Assembly: GCA_001643675.2 (NCBI GenBank)
Contig: LSRY02000048.1
Span: 62,001 to 126,000 of the forward strand
DNA: 64,000 nucleotides
Direction: 5' to 3'
Source: Monocercomonoides exilis PA203
Lineage: Eukaryota > Protista > Preaxostyla
In this document: one piece after another, positions 1 to 12,801 of the stretch
Numbering within the stretch: position 1 is the first letter of the stretch
How the letters are laid out: every line of letters begins with the position of its first letter
The notes under the pieces: generated by a model
Database searches by the model: none
What the model saw: the letters and a program-made list of their open reading frames with translations, nothing else
What the model was told of the DNA's origin: nothing
Translations under genes and position numbers: made by a program

Positions 1-1271
1 CGTTCATTCTTCGACGCATGCAAAATAAGAAAAGCAAAAATACCTTCAAACGTTCGAATTGCAAAGGCACTCAACTGCACACCGAGCCTTGTCTGTCAGA
101 TTCGAACAGGATATATAATAATAAAGGTTATCGAGAAAAAGAACAAGTTGATGACTCGAAAGCAAGAAAAACGAGTCATGGAAATTTTTAAAAATCTGAG
201 AGAGAAAAGAAAGCAAATCACACAGAAAACGCTGAGAGCCGTTGTTGCAAAAGTTTGTCATAAAACTCCTTCTCACAATTTTCATTCTTCATTCATAAAA
301 AGGCATAGCGAGGAATTGATGATCGTTCCTTCAAGCGTGAGAGAAGAAAAAAGAATGAAAATATCGGAACAAAGCATTGTCATCTGGAAAAATCATTTTG
401 TTCAATATGTGTGTGGAAAATATTCATCCATGATCTTCTGTGCTGATGAATCAGGCTATCACGCGTATGAAGATACAAGAAAGATGAACCTTATAGTCGG
501 AACAAATGAAAATCGTGCAATTGATCACACGCCTGTTGACAGAGGAGAAAAAAAGTTTTCATTGCTTCATTGTATTTCACTTGATGGTACTTTTGTCCCT
601 CCTTGTTTTCTGGTGCAAAAACCGTTCAACACAAGATCGCTTCGGTCTCTAGGCTATTAAATAGGAATTCATGGTTGCGTAGAAATCGGAAATTCGTCTT
701 ATTTCACAAAGGAGTGGTTTGAAAACTGGATTGAGAAAGTTTTCATTCCTCATGTCAACATTAAAAGAATGATTTTGCCAGATAAACACGCACAAGCAGT
801 GTTGATGCTTGATGGTTGCCGAATACACCTGTCGGACAACGTATTGACTCGACTTGCTAATGAAAAAATATTGCTTTTGGTTTTGCCTCCGAATACTACA
901 CACTTGTTGCAGTCATTGGATTTATTAATTTTTTCCCTTTGGAAACTTCATATTCAACAGGTTCGTTTGTGTTCTGCACACGTCTGCATGGAACATCTTT
1001 TGTGGGGTGCAATGAATGCAATACTGCAAGTTGCTTTATCCATTTATATTTTTCTGCTTTTAAAGAAAATGGACTTGTGAATGATTTGCAGAAAACTGCA
1101 TCAACAGCTCAGATTTTCGAAGAAAGCATCCAAAAAGTGATCGAAATTGTGAAATTGGACAACAAATCATTGCCGCTTTCATGCACCAGAAAAACAAAAC
1201 AAACAAAGGGAGTAGAGTGGGGAATTATGATCATTGACAAAATGCCAGTTTATTTTGGACTTCCGCAATAA
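1..1271 (+). pseudogene. pogo/Fot1/Tigger-type (DDE_1) transposase, disrupted
   Basis: Motifs IFCADESG (ORF 148..660), LMLDGCRIH and LPPNTTHLLQSLD (ORF 769..1080). The two ORFs are in the same frame, separated by one TAA at 658-660; frameshift near 1050. Confidence 0.85.
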
Positions 1272-1455
1272 ACAATACTTGGTGTACAATAGATATGTTT
1301 AAGAGTTTTTTTCATTCATATTTCATGGAGCATTTCAAAAATAACATTATTAAATAAACAAAATATTCATCAAATTTTTGTTTTTCTTTTATGTCAATGA
1401 TACAAAAAGAATTAACAATTAACAAGAACAGTGAATATCTGTTTTGATTATTTTA

Positions 1456-1671
<216 letters not shown>

Positions 1672-2744
1672 GACTTTTTATCAACTGTCACCTTTTTTTT
1701 TCGTTTCTCTTCATCAGGAATTGCGAAAAGACAAGCATGCTGTTGCAGATAAAAGGTTAGAGAGAAAAAACGACTTATGCGTTTCATCAAGAACACAAAC
1801 AAAACATCATCGTTTGACAAGAAATATTTATCTGCTGAGAAAACCTACTTTTTTCCTTCAATTTTGAAAATATGAAACAGGAAATCTTTCAAAAATTCCT
1901 GAAGTGAAATAAAAAAGAGTAGAAAAACACACATGATGAAATGAAATCAACTTAAATAAAACAAACTGTTTGTATCTTAAAATGAGAATTGATCAAAATT
2001 ATAAGTCATTAAAAAACGAACATTTGAAGTGAAAGTTTTCGCCATGCATATGTCATTATTATAACTTTCATAATCACTCTTTGATAACTATTTATTAATG
2101 AATTTTTTTTTATAATTACAAGCACGGTTACGAAGAAATATTCCTATTTTTTAATAATTATTAAAAAACACTCCAATATAAGCAAATAAAAAATAAGTTA
2201 TCTTGCATCAAAAAAAAAATATCAATAACTTAAAAACATTTCAAAAATTAAATTGAATTTTTAAACTGATGATATGAAAATAAAAGAATAAAAACTTATT
2301 ATTTGTTTGTCTTAAATAACAACAAATAGATAATTTTTTAATATCAAACACAAAATAAAGTTAAAAGTTTATGTGTAATGAAGGAAACTAATGCTAAATA
2401 TTTCATGATTAACTTTGAAAAAAAATTCCAATAATGAATAATGAACAATGCATTACTGGATTGGAATGATCGTTATTCTTTGATCAATTGTGATCTTTTG
2501 TGTGATAAAATTAATGTGATGGATATAAAAAAAAAAAAAAAAGAATAGTTCTGAATTGCACCATTTTTTTTGCTTTGTTTTGAAAATTTTGAATTAAAAA
2601 TTAAGAAATATCATAGTTTTTAATTGCCTAAATCGATCGGAATAATAAAAATTGCTTCACTTTATTTTTTCGATTTTTTCGTGTTGATCACATATCCCAT
2701 AATAAAATTCTCATTTTTCAAATTTTTTTCAATTAATTATTTCT

Positions 2745-4420
2745 GTGGAAATGATTTCTGAAAAAGGAGAGCTTTTGTTGATAACATTTACTGAATATCT
2801 TATTGCTTCTGGAGGAAAAGATGATTATGCGCTACACTCTTTAAAGGAGTTGGGATCAATAAGTGAAGAAATAATCTGCACACTGTGCAAAAGAAAAATG
2901 AAAAAAAATGGAAAAAAGCGAAAAATTAATATTTATAAAGATGTTTGAAATGTCAAAAAGAGCACTATTGGAATAAAAATTCAATCTTAGAAAAAAAAAC
3001 TCAGTTCTTTTATTATTATGTGTCTTATCCACCATTTTTGGTATAGGCACTCTGTGGAAGAAACAGTAAAAGAAACAAATACTTCAATATTTTCTGTGTT
3101 GAAATTCAACGAACTGACGAGAAGAATTTGAATATTTATTGAAATGAATCGATATGAAAAATTTGGTATTGATAGAAACTTGGAACTTGACGAAACATGA
3201 ATAACATAAAGCAAGAACGGAATTGAAAGAATTAGAGAGCAACAAAGGATCTTGGGAATCGTTGAAAGAAAAGAAAAAGAAAAGGAACAAAGTATGAAAG
3301 TTGAATTTATTCCGGATAGACCAGAATAAACCATAGTTTAATGTGTGAAAAAGCTTGAGGACAAAACATCGAAACTAAAATCTGATAAATGGTCAGCAAA
3401 TAGCGGAATAGAAAAAGAAGGATATGAACTCAAAAGTGTCAACCACTCGGAACGATTTAAAGATGAACACGATCAGACAATACACACTCAAACAATTGAG
3501 TGTATGTAGTCTCACTTGAAAGAAAATATACCAAAAAGGGGAAGATCATTTACAAAAAAAAGGAATATATATATGATTTTAAATATAGATTCAATATTCA
3601 CAAAAGTCAGCAAATAATTTCAAAGCGACTTTTCAACAGTGAATGTGAAAGAACTTAAAACATTTATAAAGACTTTCGAAAGTTGTGAAAAAGAGATTGA
3701 AACAATTCAAAAAGAAGAAAAGAAGAAGATGAGTGAATTATTCGTGATGAAAAAAATGGAAGAAGAAAAATCAAATCAAGAATGTGTCTTATCTGATATG
3801 GATGATCTTTATATATTACTAAAAAAAACAAAGAAAAACAGAATTAATGAAAAAGAAACAGAAGAAACAAATTACACTGATAGCAATCATGAAAAATGTT
3901 CTATTGATGAAAATGATGAGGAAGATACATCAACGTCATATGATTTCTTTGAAGAGGATTGTTAATGCAATAAACTCAATGATGTTGCTTTCGTTGATAC
4001 TGAGTTTTGTTCATTGGAAAACAAGGGCGATGATAGGCATGGTGATTATTTGAACAGTGTGCAAAATCAGCACTGTAACGAACAACATCACTTCAAGCAT
4101 GACGAAAATGAACTTGTTGAAGAAGATGAACATAAGGAGTTTGAAGGATAGTCCAATCACAAAAATGCAGATGAAATATCCGAGGATCAAAAGATGAAAA
4201 GGAAGGAAATGAAAGAACAATCACAAACAACAAAGAGGAACGTGTAAAACTGTTTTATAACAAGACATGTTCAAACAGAAGGATCAGAGTTCTATAAAGA
4301 ATGGACTCAATATTATGTTCAACAACGTCAAAAGGCTTTAGAAAAAAGTTTCAAAAAAAATTGAAGCAAATAAAACAATCCTCTCAATTGAAACTTCTCA
4401 GGAGCCAGATGAAGAATAAA
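2745..4420 (+). pseudogene. Merlin/IS1595 (ISXO2-like) transposase with long acidic tail, disrupted
   Basis: N-terminal CTLC; LELDET (~3180), QRILGIVER, KSDKW and SVNHSERFKD...HTQTIE (~3435-3500). Multiple stops. Confidence 0.8.
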
Positions 4421-4689
4421 ACAATTGGTTCACCAAATATGCCAATAACTCTTCCGTAACAAAACCCACAAATAAAGAAAAAATCATCAACCACAACTTG
4501 CTTCTTTTGTTTTCACTTCGCCATATATATATCTTTTTCATTTTGCTGAGCATTGAACTTAATTAACATCCACTTTAATATTTGAATATTTAGATAATAA
4601 TGATGAAGGTTTTTTCTAAAATAATCGAAAATTAATGAGTGATTCATATTATTAGACGATTTAGCTAAAGAAGTTCATCATTGATCATC

Positions 4690-7600
4690 GAAAAAGCACT
4701 ATCCAAGTTTGCGTCAATGCTGTTTGCTTAATGAGGAAGAATAAACATGAGATGGCGGAAGTTCGCTGGAAGAGAAAGAAGTGAAAAGAGGCTTTTCTGA
4801 ATCTCTCTCCAAAATGTGAGCAACGCGACAGAGGAGACACAGAGACAGTGCAGACAAATGATGCACGTATGCAAATGCATACAGCACATTCATCATCTCC
4901 AAGCCAACGCACGTCTCTTCAAAGCAGAACTGCGAGCTGCCTCCGTTTACTGCCTCATTGACAGCCAACTGGGCGACAAAGTCTGTGTATTGCGATATTC
5001 CCAACGTGGAGCTGCTGAGTGTGCTCTTTTTGAGCGGCGTGAGGAAGTCGAAGGAGGCTGCCCATAGTGACACGTTCTGTTGCAGAGTTAGCGTGCCTGC
5101 CGGGTTGAATGGACAGGAGCTGATGAAAGAGATGTGGGAAAAAGAAACAGGCGGATTGAAAAGTTTTTGGACAACTTGGAAAAGTGAAGATGCTCCCACA
5201 GAACTCAATTCATTGAATGGATATAATGAAGTATTGTTTGATTGATGAGTTCGAGTTGTGAATAAATTAGAAGGATAATCATCGTTCTCATAAACAATTG
5301 TGGAATCATTCAAATTTACTTTTTCACTTCATCTTCTTGTATTTATTTCCATTGCAGACAGAACTAGAGGCACAGCATCCTTCAGAAAAAAAATGATGTC
5401 ATTCAGAGGAGCAAGAGAACTTGAAGATGCAAATCTCTTCGAAGATCTTATTGCTTAAAGAGAAGTGAATGAAAGCTTTTGGTTGTTGTGCTTATCTGAT
5501 AGCCAAGAAGTTGTTTCACACGAAATCTGCTGACTTGGCGAAAAAGAATGAGCAGAGGTTTTTGCAATGAGCACTTTGTGAACAAGACTTAACGAGCTAT
5601 CATCGCTACGTGAACCATGTGAATACATTTTTTTTTGAAGGAGACAGTGGAAGCAGGCTTAAACCAACAGAAGTTATTTGAGTGAGCAGATGAATACAGA
5701 GTACAACAATGCCATCTGCACGACAAACGAAGGAAGGAAGGATGAATAATAGCAGAGAAGCAGAAAGAGAAAGAGAGGAGGAAGAAGAAAATGCATTCTT
5801 AACTTTTGAGTGTGAGTTTGGAATTGGTTGAGGTGTGCTTGAAGTGGATTGTGAAGAATTATTGGAAGCAACAATCTGTCAATCACTTGAAGATTCATTT
5901 GCCTCATGTGATTCCTGATCTTCGTTGGCTGTTGATAGCGTTTCTGATTTTTTCTATATCTTGTCTTCTTTTCTAAAGGCTTCAGCTTCTTTTTCTTCTT
6001 TTTCTTCTTCGCTTCCTTCATCTGACTCATCATCTGTATCTTCATCGTCTTTATTCTTCTTTTCACTAATAAATGAAAACATTCCCCCGATGGCTGATGT
6101 CATCTCAGCAGATTTGTTTGACACTGTAAATAACTCATCAGTTGCCAAATCAGCAATCCCCCCAATCATATTCTGCATTGCAAGAACAAGATGCTTTCCT
6201 GTCGATCCTTTATCTGTCTCTTCTTCTTCCTCTTCCTCTTCAGCCTCATCATCGCTGTCATCATCCAGCTGATTCAGTCTTTCTTGCTCTTCCATCACAG
6301 CCCTTTTCCTTATTCTGAGTTATTGCTCAACCAACTGGAGACGGAGCATCCTCATGGCAGCAGGGTTTGAAAGAGGTGACTGAGCAGGCGTTTGGCGGAA
6401 CAAATTGAGGAGAGAAAGCAAAGATGAGAGAAGATGAGAGACGATGAGTGAAGAGTGATACACAAATAGGCAGAACAAACTTGCATGTTGATGGTGGAAA
6501 AATCAGTGAGAAGATCAGAAATTGTTAATTGAAGTGGATAGAACACATCGGAATGGAAACAGGACGAAGATAACATGAAGTCAAACGTGGGTGTCAACAG
6601 CGCTCCAGTCCGGTTGTGATCAGAGGAAGACGATTGCGATGATAAAGTTGAATGCTGGACAGATGAACTGTGTTAAACAGACACAAGAAATGTTTGAAGA
6701 GATCGATTCTCATTTGAAGCCTGCAATGCACCAATTGGCATAAACGAAGACACAGATGATGGCACGATGATGTCTGGAGATGGTTTGCAAATCAATGGAC
6801 AGACAATTTTCTCTCTTTTCATAAGATTTTCTATTTGCACTGTCGACTTTGCTTGCTTTTCTTTCAAAGTGCTTTGAATAGACAACGAAACCATCGATGC
6901 ACAGCCTGACGTCATTGAGTGTTTGCACTCCTCCAGATATAAACTGTCCCAGTGTGAAATTCGCCCTCTGAGAGTGAGTCTCATTGGCAGCGCGGAGAAC
7001 GACAAGAGTGGCGTGAGTGTTGGCGGAGCAAAGAGTAGATGACAAAGAGTGGGAAGAGCAAGCTCAATGCAGAACGAATGGAGATCTTTGTGAGGAAGCG
7101 TAGAGAATAAGAGAGTGTAGCAGCATCGCACAAAGGAAGAACCTAACATCAGAAGAAGCAGAGAAGAAGCAGAAGACGAGGAATGCATAATTGAAGATTA
7201 AAGCGAAGCAAACGGAATAAATTCTTCATCTGACATATCAAATCCTTCTGTTTGGTTCATAAGCACAACTATGTGCAAGAAAGAAGGTTATTTTATCAAA
7301 TGAGAGATGAACAACATTGCAACCATATTTTCCTCGCTGGTGTGAACAGCAATAGATAAGTGGTAGTTCGGATCGCCTGTGGATTTGAGATTGCTGCTTT
7401 GACGCAGCACATCCGAGGTATTTTTCTGGTGCAGAGCAGAAAGCGCTCTGGAAAGCTCTTTCTGCTCCTGAATGTTTTGTTTATCTTGTTTGGGTGTTTG
7501 TGGCTGGTCGGAGGAATTAGAGGAATCAGAAGAGTCTGCTGTATCTGAAATAGGAGAAGACGAGCTGATTGAAGAATCAGTTGGTATTAAACTTTTTTCT

Positions 7601-7720
7601 TGTGCTATTTCATCTCCTTCATTTGCTTAGCTGGAATTTGGTGCTGATTGTTGAAGATTGTTTGCTTCGGTAGAAAGAACAATCGGGGCTTCTTCTTTTG
7701 ATTCTGCAGAATATTGATCA
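4690..7720 (-). pseudogene. Host-like gene fragment of unknown function carried inside Merlin element 1
   Basis: GC-richer block with consecutive minus-strand ORF pieces (6673..7188, 6352..6597, 5954..6298, 4714..5313) broken by stops and frameshifts. No family recognised. Confidence 0.55.
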
Positions 7721-9899
7721 AGAAATTGATACAAAATCCAAATCAATTATGTTTGTTTATGATACTATTCCTTTTTAACCATAATCAAAAAAAATTCATC
7801 AAATACAAAAAATAATTATGAAACTGAAAAACTGCATAAGATATATCGAGAGTTGTTCTGCTTTTCAAAAAGCAAGATAAATTGTGAAATATCAGAAAAT
7901 TAAATACATTTTATGGTTTTGATTAAAATATCGTGAAAAATCATAATAATATTATGGGACGTGTGATCAACACGAAACAATCGAAAAAATAAAGTGAAGC
8001 AATTTTTATTATTCCGATCGATTTAGGCAACTAAAAACCATGATATTTCTAAATTTTTAATTCAAAATTTTCAAAACAAAGCAAAAAAAATGGTTCAATT
8101 CAGACCAATGCCAAAAATAAATTAATAAATATAAAAAATGCAATTGTGCAAAACATTTATCCAAATTATTTTTTAAATAAAAGGTTTTGAATTAATTCCA
8201 ACAAAAATCAACAAATCCAATATATGAAAATTTTCATAAAAATATAAATGCAATTCAAAACTGTCCTTTTGAAATTTTTCGAATTGTCAAAACTGACATG
8301 AGTCTCAACTCCATTTCAACTTCAAATTAAAAATTTTAACATCGAATACAAAATCCACTATTTTTTCAGATTATGGAAAATTAAATTTTTCAAACAAAAA
8401 ATAGACATTTTTGGAGCAATTTTAACTTTAGTGAAAATAAATGATTTTTTTGTTAAAATTTAATAACACAACAAATAAATAAATTGAAAATTTGAGAACA
8501 ATATTTCAAAAAATAACAACATATCTTTAAAAAATAATAATTTTCACAATACAACAAATGACAAACCATTATAATTTTTTTTTGAATTGAAAAAAAAAGT
8601 CAAAATTTCTTTTTTAAATATGTTTCAATAAATATTTATTCTCAAAATTGTTCAATTTGATCTTTTCGATCACAAAAATTTTTTAATTACTTGGAAATTT
8701 GCAGAAATCGTTTTTATGTGAATTGATCTCTTCTTTATATCATTTTCACCCTTAGCAATCAAAAAATAATCACTTCTGCAAATTGCAGATCAACGATAAA
8801 TTCGAAATTTAAAATGGGTTTGAGGCAAGAAATATAAAGTTTGATTATCTTTTAAAAAACTTTGTTTTTTGAGAAAATTGATTTATGCATTATTCAATTC
8901 GTAATTAAATACTTTTTCTTCTGTTTCATTCTTCAATGGATACACCAAATTCTCTTTTCTTCCATTTGACATTAATAATGCTGTTCCCTGCTTCGATGCT
9001 TCTCGTTTGAAGCAACAGAAAAGCATAATTTTATCAATTTGTTTTTAGATAAGCATATTATTTCTTTTTCTTCATCTATTCCACATGCTTTCTCCTCTCC
9101 CGACAAAAATGATCCAATGCTGTTATTCCCGCCAAACCTCCCTCTCCTCCTTGTAAATCCAATGTTCAGCACTTTCGATATGATTTTTCCTTTTTTCTTC
9201 TCTTTGAGCTCCACATTTCTGAGTCTTGTCTTTCCACCTGTGATGTCAGCAGAACGGAAACTGAAGAAAATTTGAAGATTTGTTCAAACAAAAATGAAAA
9301 AAATAGGGAGAGAGGCAAGAAAAGAAAATATGAAAAAGAAAAGAAAGAAGGAGAAAGATGAAAAATGAAGAAATGGAGATATTGTCGATATTATTGAAAG
9401 TGAAGATGAAGACAAACAAATAAAAGAAGATGAGAAAGAAAGAGAGAGGTTGTCAGATGAAATAATTGAAGATTATTATTTGTCATTCATTATTTATTCA
9501 TTGACAGTATTGCTGCATCTGTATGTACTTTTTGTGCATGAAATAAAGTATCTGTCGCATGTCAGAGATTGTGTGAGAAAAGGAAAGGTTAAAATTGTTT
9601 TAATGAAAAAAAGAAGATTTTAAATAAATATTTAAATAATTTGATAATAGCTAAATTGCTTTTTTTTGATTCTTTTTTTTTCCTATCTATATATGCATGT
9701 TTAAAGAAAATTATTTTCCAAAGTTCATATTTTTCAAATCTTTCAATCACTTTATATTCATCTTCTCTTCTCTTTCTTTTTCTCTATCTTTTTCTTCTTC
9801 TGATAATCCTTTTTATAAATCATCCTTTGATGATCTTCTCTCTTCAACCACAACAACCAGTGAAATAAAACTAAGTTCTCTTTCTGCAAAAACACTGCA

Positions 9900-12166
9900 G
9901 CTTTAGGAAAAGAGCTCATTTCTCTCTTCTTTCACATCGAATACCCTGCACTCACTCACTGCCAGCGAATCCAATGCTACCAGCTGGATATCTCTTTCCT
10001 TGGTTCAATCGCATTCCTGTTCAGCCTCCCCCTCTTTATCCGAAGGTTCGAACATGAATTTGCATTCAACAGCTTCACAATACTCACAAGCATGTGCGTA
10101 CTCTTCGACTATCTCAACCAGTTCTGTATCTTCGTCTGACATATCTGCTTCATCGTTAGGACAGCCACTTTCATTAAAACAGGTTGCTCTTCCTGCTCCT
10201 CTGCAAACATCGTCTTCTTTTGCCTTTTGTTCTTCTGCATCTAATGCAAAACAAACAATTAATTCATCAACAACCAAAACTGTCTCTGCAATTTTATCAG
10301 ATGCAAGCATGAAGAAAAAAATGAGAAAAGCGAACGTTCAAATGAAGAAGACAAAAAAAGAACACAATCATTCAAACTTTCTTAAAAAAGAGCATAACCA
10401 TTTATCGGGGACAATTTCTGCATCAAAAATCAAGTCGTCTGTTGATTCTGTTGATGACACTTTTGAAGCTGTTTCTTCATTGCCTACAGCACACACACAA
10501 ACTCAGCAGGAAACTGAAGAAAGCGAAAATGGACAAGCACTTCTGCATTCAGCGTCAATGATTAAAACTTCTTAATTCTCATTTGCATCATCTGATTCTG
10601 TTTCTTCTTCCTCTTCCTCTTCATCTTCATCTTCATCTTCCTCTTCCTCTTCCTCTTCCTCTTCCTCTTCTTTTGCGTCTTCGTCTTTTTTTGCGTCTTC
10701 AACATCTTCAACATATTCTCCATCTTGTTCATCTGATCCTTCTGATGTATTGCAATTGCAACCTTCACTTTCCAATGCAAATGCTTCATATGCTTCACTC
10801 CCATTGCCCAGTTCGTCTCAGACTTCAACAACAAGCTCATTTCCAACAGAAACACAAGCACCTTTTCCAAATCACTCAGAGACTACACAAATAGAACACG
10901 TTGCATCATCCAATCTATCTGATTTCTCAATTCCTTCTTCTTCTCTTTCTTCTTCTTCTTTCTTTTTTTTTCTCCTTCATCTATTACATCGATGCAGAAT
11001 TTCCAGACTCAACAGCAACAGCAACAGCAACAACATTCCTCTCAAATTACTACAAGCATTTTCAAAGAAAGTGAAAAAAAGATTCTTTTTCAATTAAACA
11101 TCATATCAATGATTTTTGTATATCTTTTAAAGCTTCTTCTTCATTTCACACAAACAAAAATGAAGCAAAGAAATGCAAAAAACCTTCGACTTTTTCATCC
11201 AAAATTACAAAACAATCAAAAAAGCAAAATTCTTCATCTTCATCATCTTCTTCTTCATTATCTTTGATAGAAAATACAAGATCCTGCGTTGTCATGCTTC
11301 TTTCTTCACAAAGAGGATTGAAAAACAATGGCAGTGTGTGCCCTCTTTCTGCTGTTTGTCAATGCATGGCTTCTCTTAGTCTAAAATAAAAAGACATTTT
11401 TTCAATGAACATAATGCAAAAAACATGCATGCATCTGTTTCATTTTCTTCGAATCTCTTCGTTTAATTTCGACGTGTGGGATGGAGGACAAATAAATTAA
11501 TTTTACGATTCTTATCTTGGAGGAAAGAATCAGCCAAAAGAACTGTCTGCTGTTTTTGAAAGACTTCTCAAAGTTCTTTCCAAAAATTGCAATGAAATAA
11601 ATGATATGTTTGCCATCATTTCACCAAATGTTGAAATGTGTGTTCATTGTCATGATCGCTCCATTTCAAGAATGAGCCATAAGTTTTTTGTGACTATTAA
11701 AGGATCAGATGTTGTTTCTGGTCTTCAAGATTTATTTTCTTATAATTCATTTATAGTTGAGAAGAGAGAAGGAGAGTGTGTATCATGTCACAAAGATAGA
11801 CAATTTTTGAAATATGTTCGTTTTTTGTATTTTCCTAAAGTGTTTAGTGTTTTATTCAACGTTTGTGATTTTTTTTCTGTAATTGCTCCTCCTCTTTTCA
11901 TTCATTTTGTTGATTCAGCATTAGGACCTGAGGATTTAAAAATATTTGATCCAAACGTTTCAACCGAAGATTCATCATTAACTTCTGGTTCTGTTGATGA
12001 TGTTGTTATTTATGAATTAGTTGGATGTGTTATTCATTCAAATGCTCTTTATAAGCAAGGGCATTTTTTGGCCATTGTGATAAAAGATGTTTCTAAACCT
12101 AGTGCCATTAAAAAGGTTATTGAGTGTAATGATCATATTGTTTCAGAAATTATTCCTGAAAAATGA
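9900..12166 (+). pseudogene. USP/peptidase C19 deubiquitinase-like gene with Ser-rich N-terminus, disrupted (USP-1)
   Basis: Cys box RGLKNNGSVCPLSAVCQC at 11312 is in frame with ORF 11606..12166, which has CVHC/CVSC pairs and His box YELVGCVIH...GHFLA...ECNDHIV. Internal stops. Confidence 0.75.
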
Positions 12167-12623
12167 AATGATTATTGGAATCATCTCGCTTTGGAAAATT
12201 GGCATCCTTCTGTTTGTTTTTTCAAAAAAATTGAAATATCATAATTCATTTCATTTTTTTTTTATTTTAATTTTCGAATATTTTCTCAACTGAAAAAAAA
12301 TTCTATCTTTTCAATTAATAAATTATCTCCTTTGTTTTTTTTTAAATAATAATAATAAATCATTGTTTGAATATTTATTTAATGACTCTAATTTTGAAAA
12401 AATGATAATTCATAATTGAATGATAATTCAACTCTGTGAATAATTGTTTATTATTTATTTTTTCCTTTATTATCAACAACGTTAGGTTATTTGTTGTTTT
12501 CTAAAATGTATTTCCATCAAAGAAAACTTATATGAAATAAAGATTGATTTTTAATTATTTAACATTTTTTTTACTAAAAAAAATTTTTTTTATGAAAGAG
12601 CAAAATATCAAAAATAAATAAAT

Positions 12624-12801
12624 GGGACAATATTTTTTGCTTTATGAATTTTGTTCCATTCAGAGTTTCCAAATAAATTTCTCATTTTTTTTTATTTTTC
12701 AAAACATTTTTGTTAAAGAATGTTTGAGTTGTTTTGACATGAAAGTGGAAAAAGTTTGGAACAAATCATTATTCTTTTCAAAAAAGCAAGAATTTTGTCC
12801 C
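12624..12801. mobile_element. MITE, GGG termini, AAAT TSD (178 bp)
   Basis: AAAT|GGGACAATATTTTTTGC ... GCAAGAATTTTGTCCC|AAAT. Confidence 0.6.

Larger units (their letters stand above)
2542..8112 (+). mobile_element. Merlin (IS1595-like) DNA transposon, 5.6 kb, with cargo
   Basis: ~165-bp TIRs at 2542-2705 and ~7950-8112 (right end read inward GGCATTGGTCTGAATTGAACCA). 8-bp flanks AAAAAAAA / AAAAATAA. Internal ISXO2-type transposase. Confidence 0.85.
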
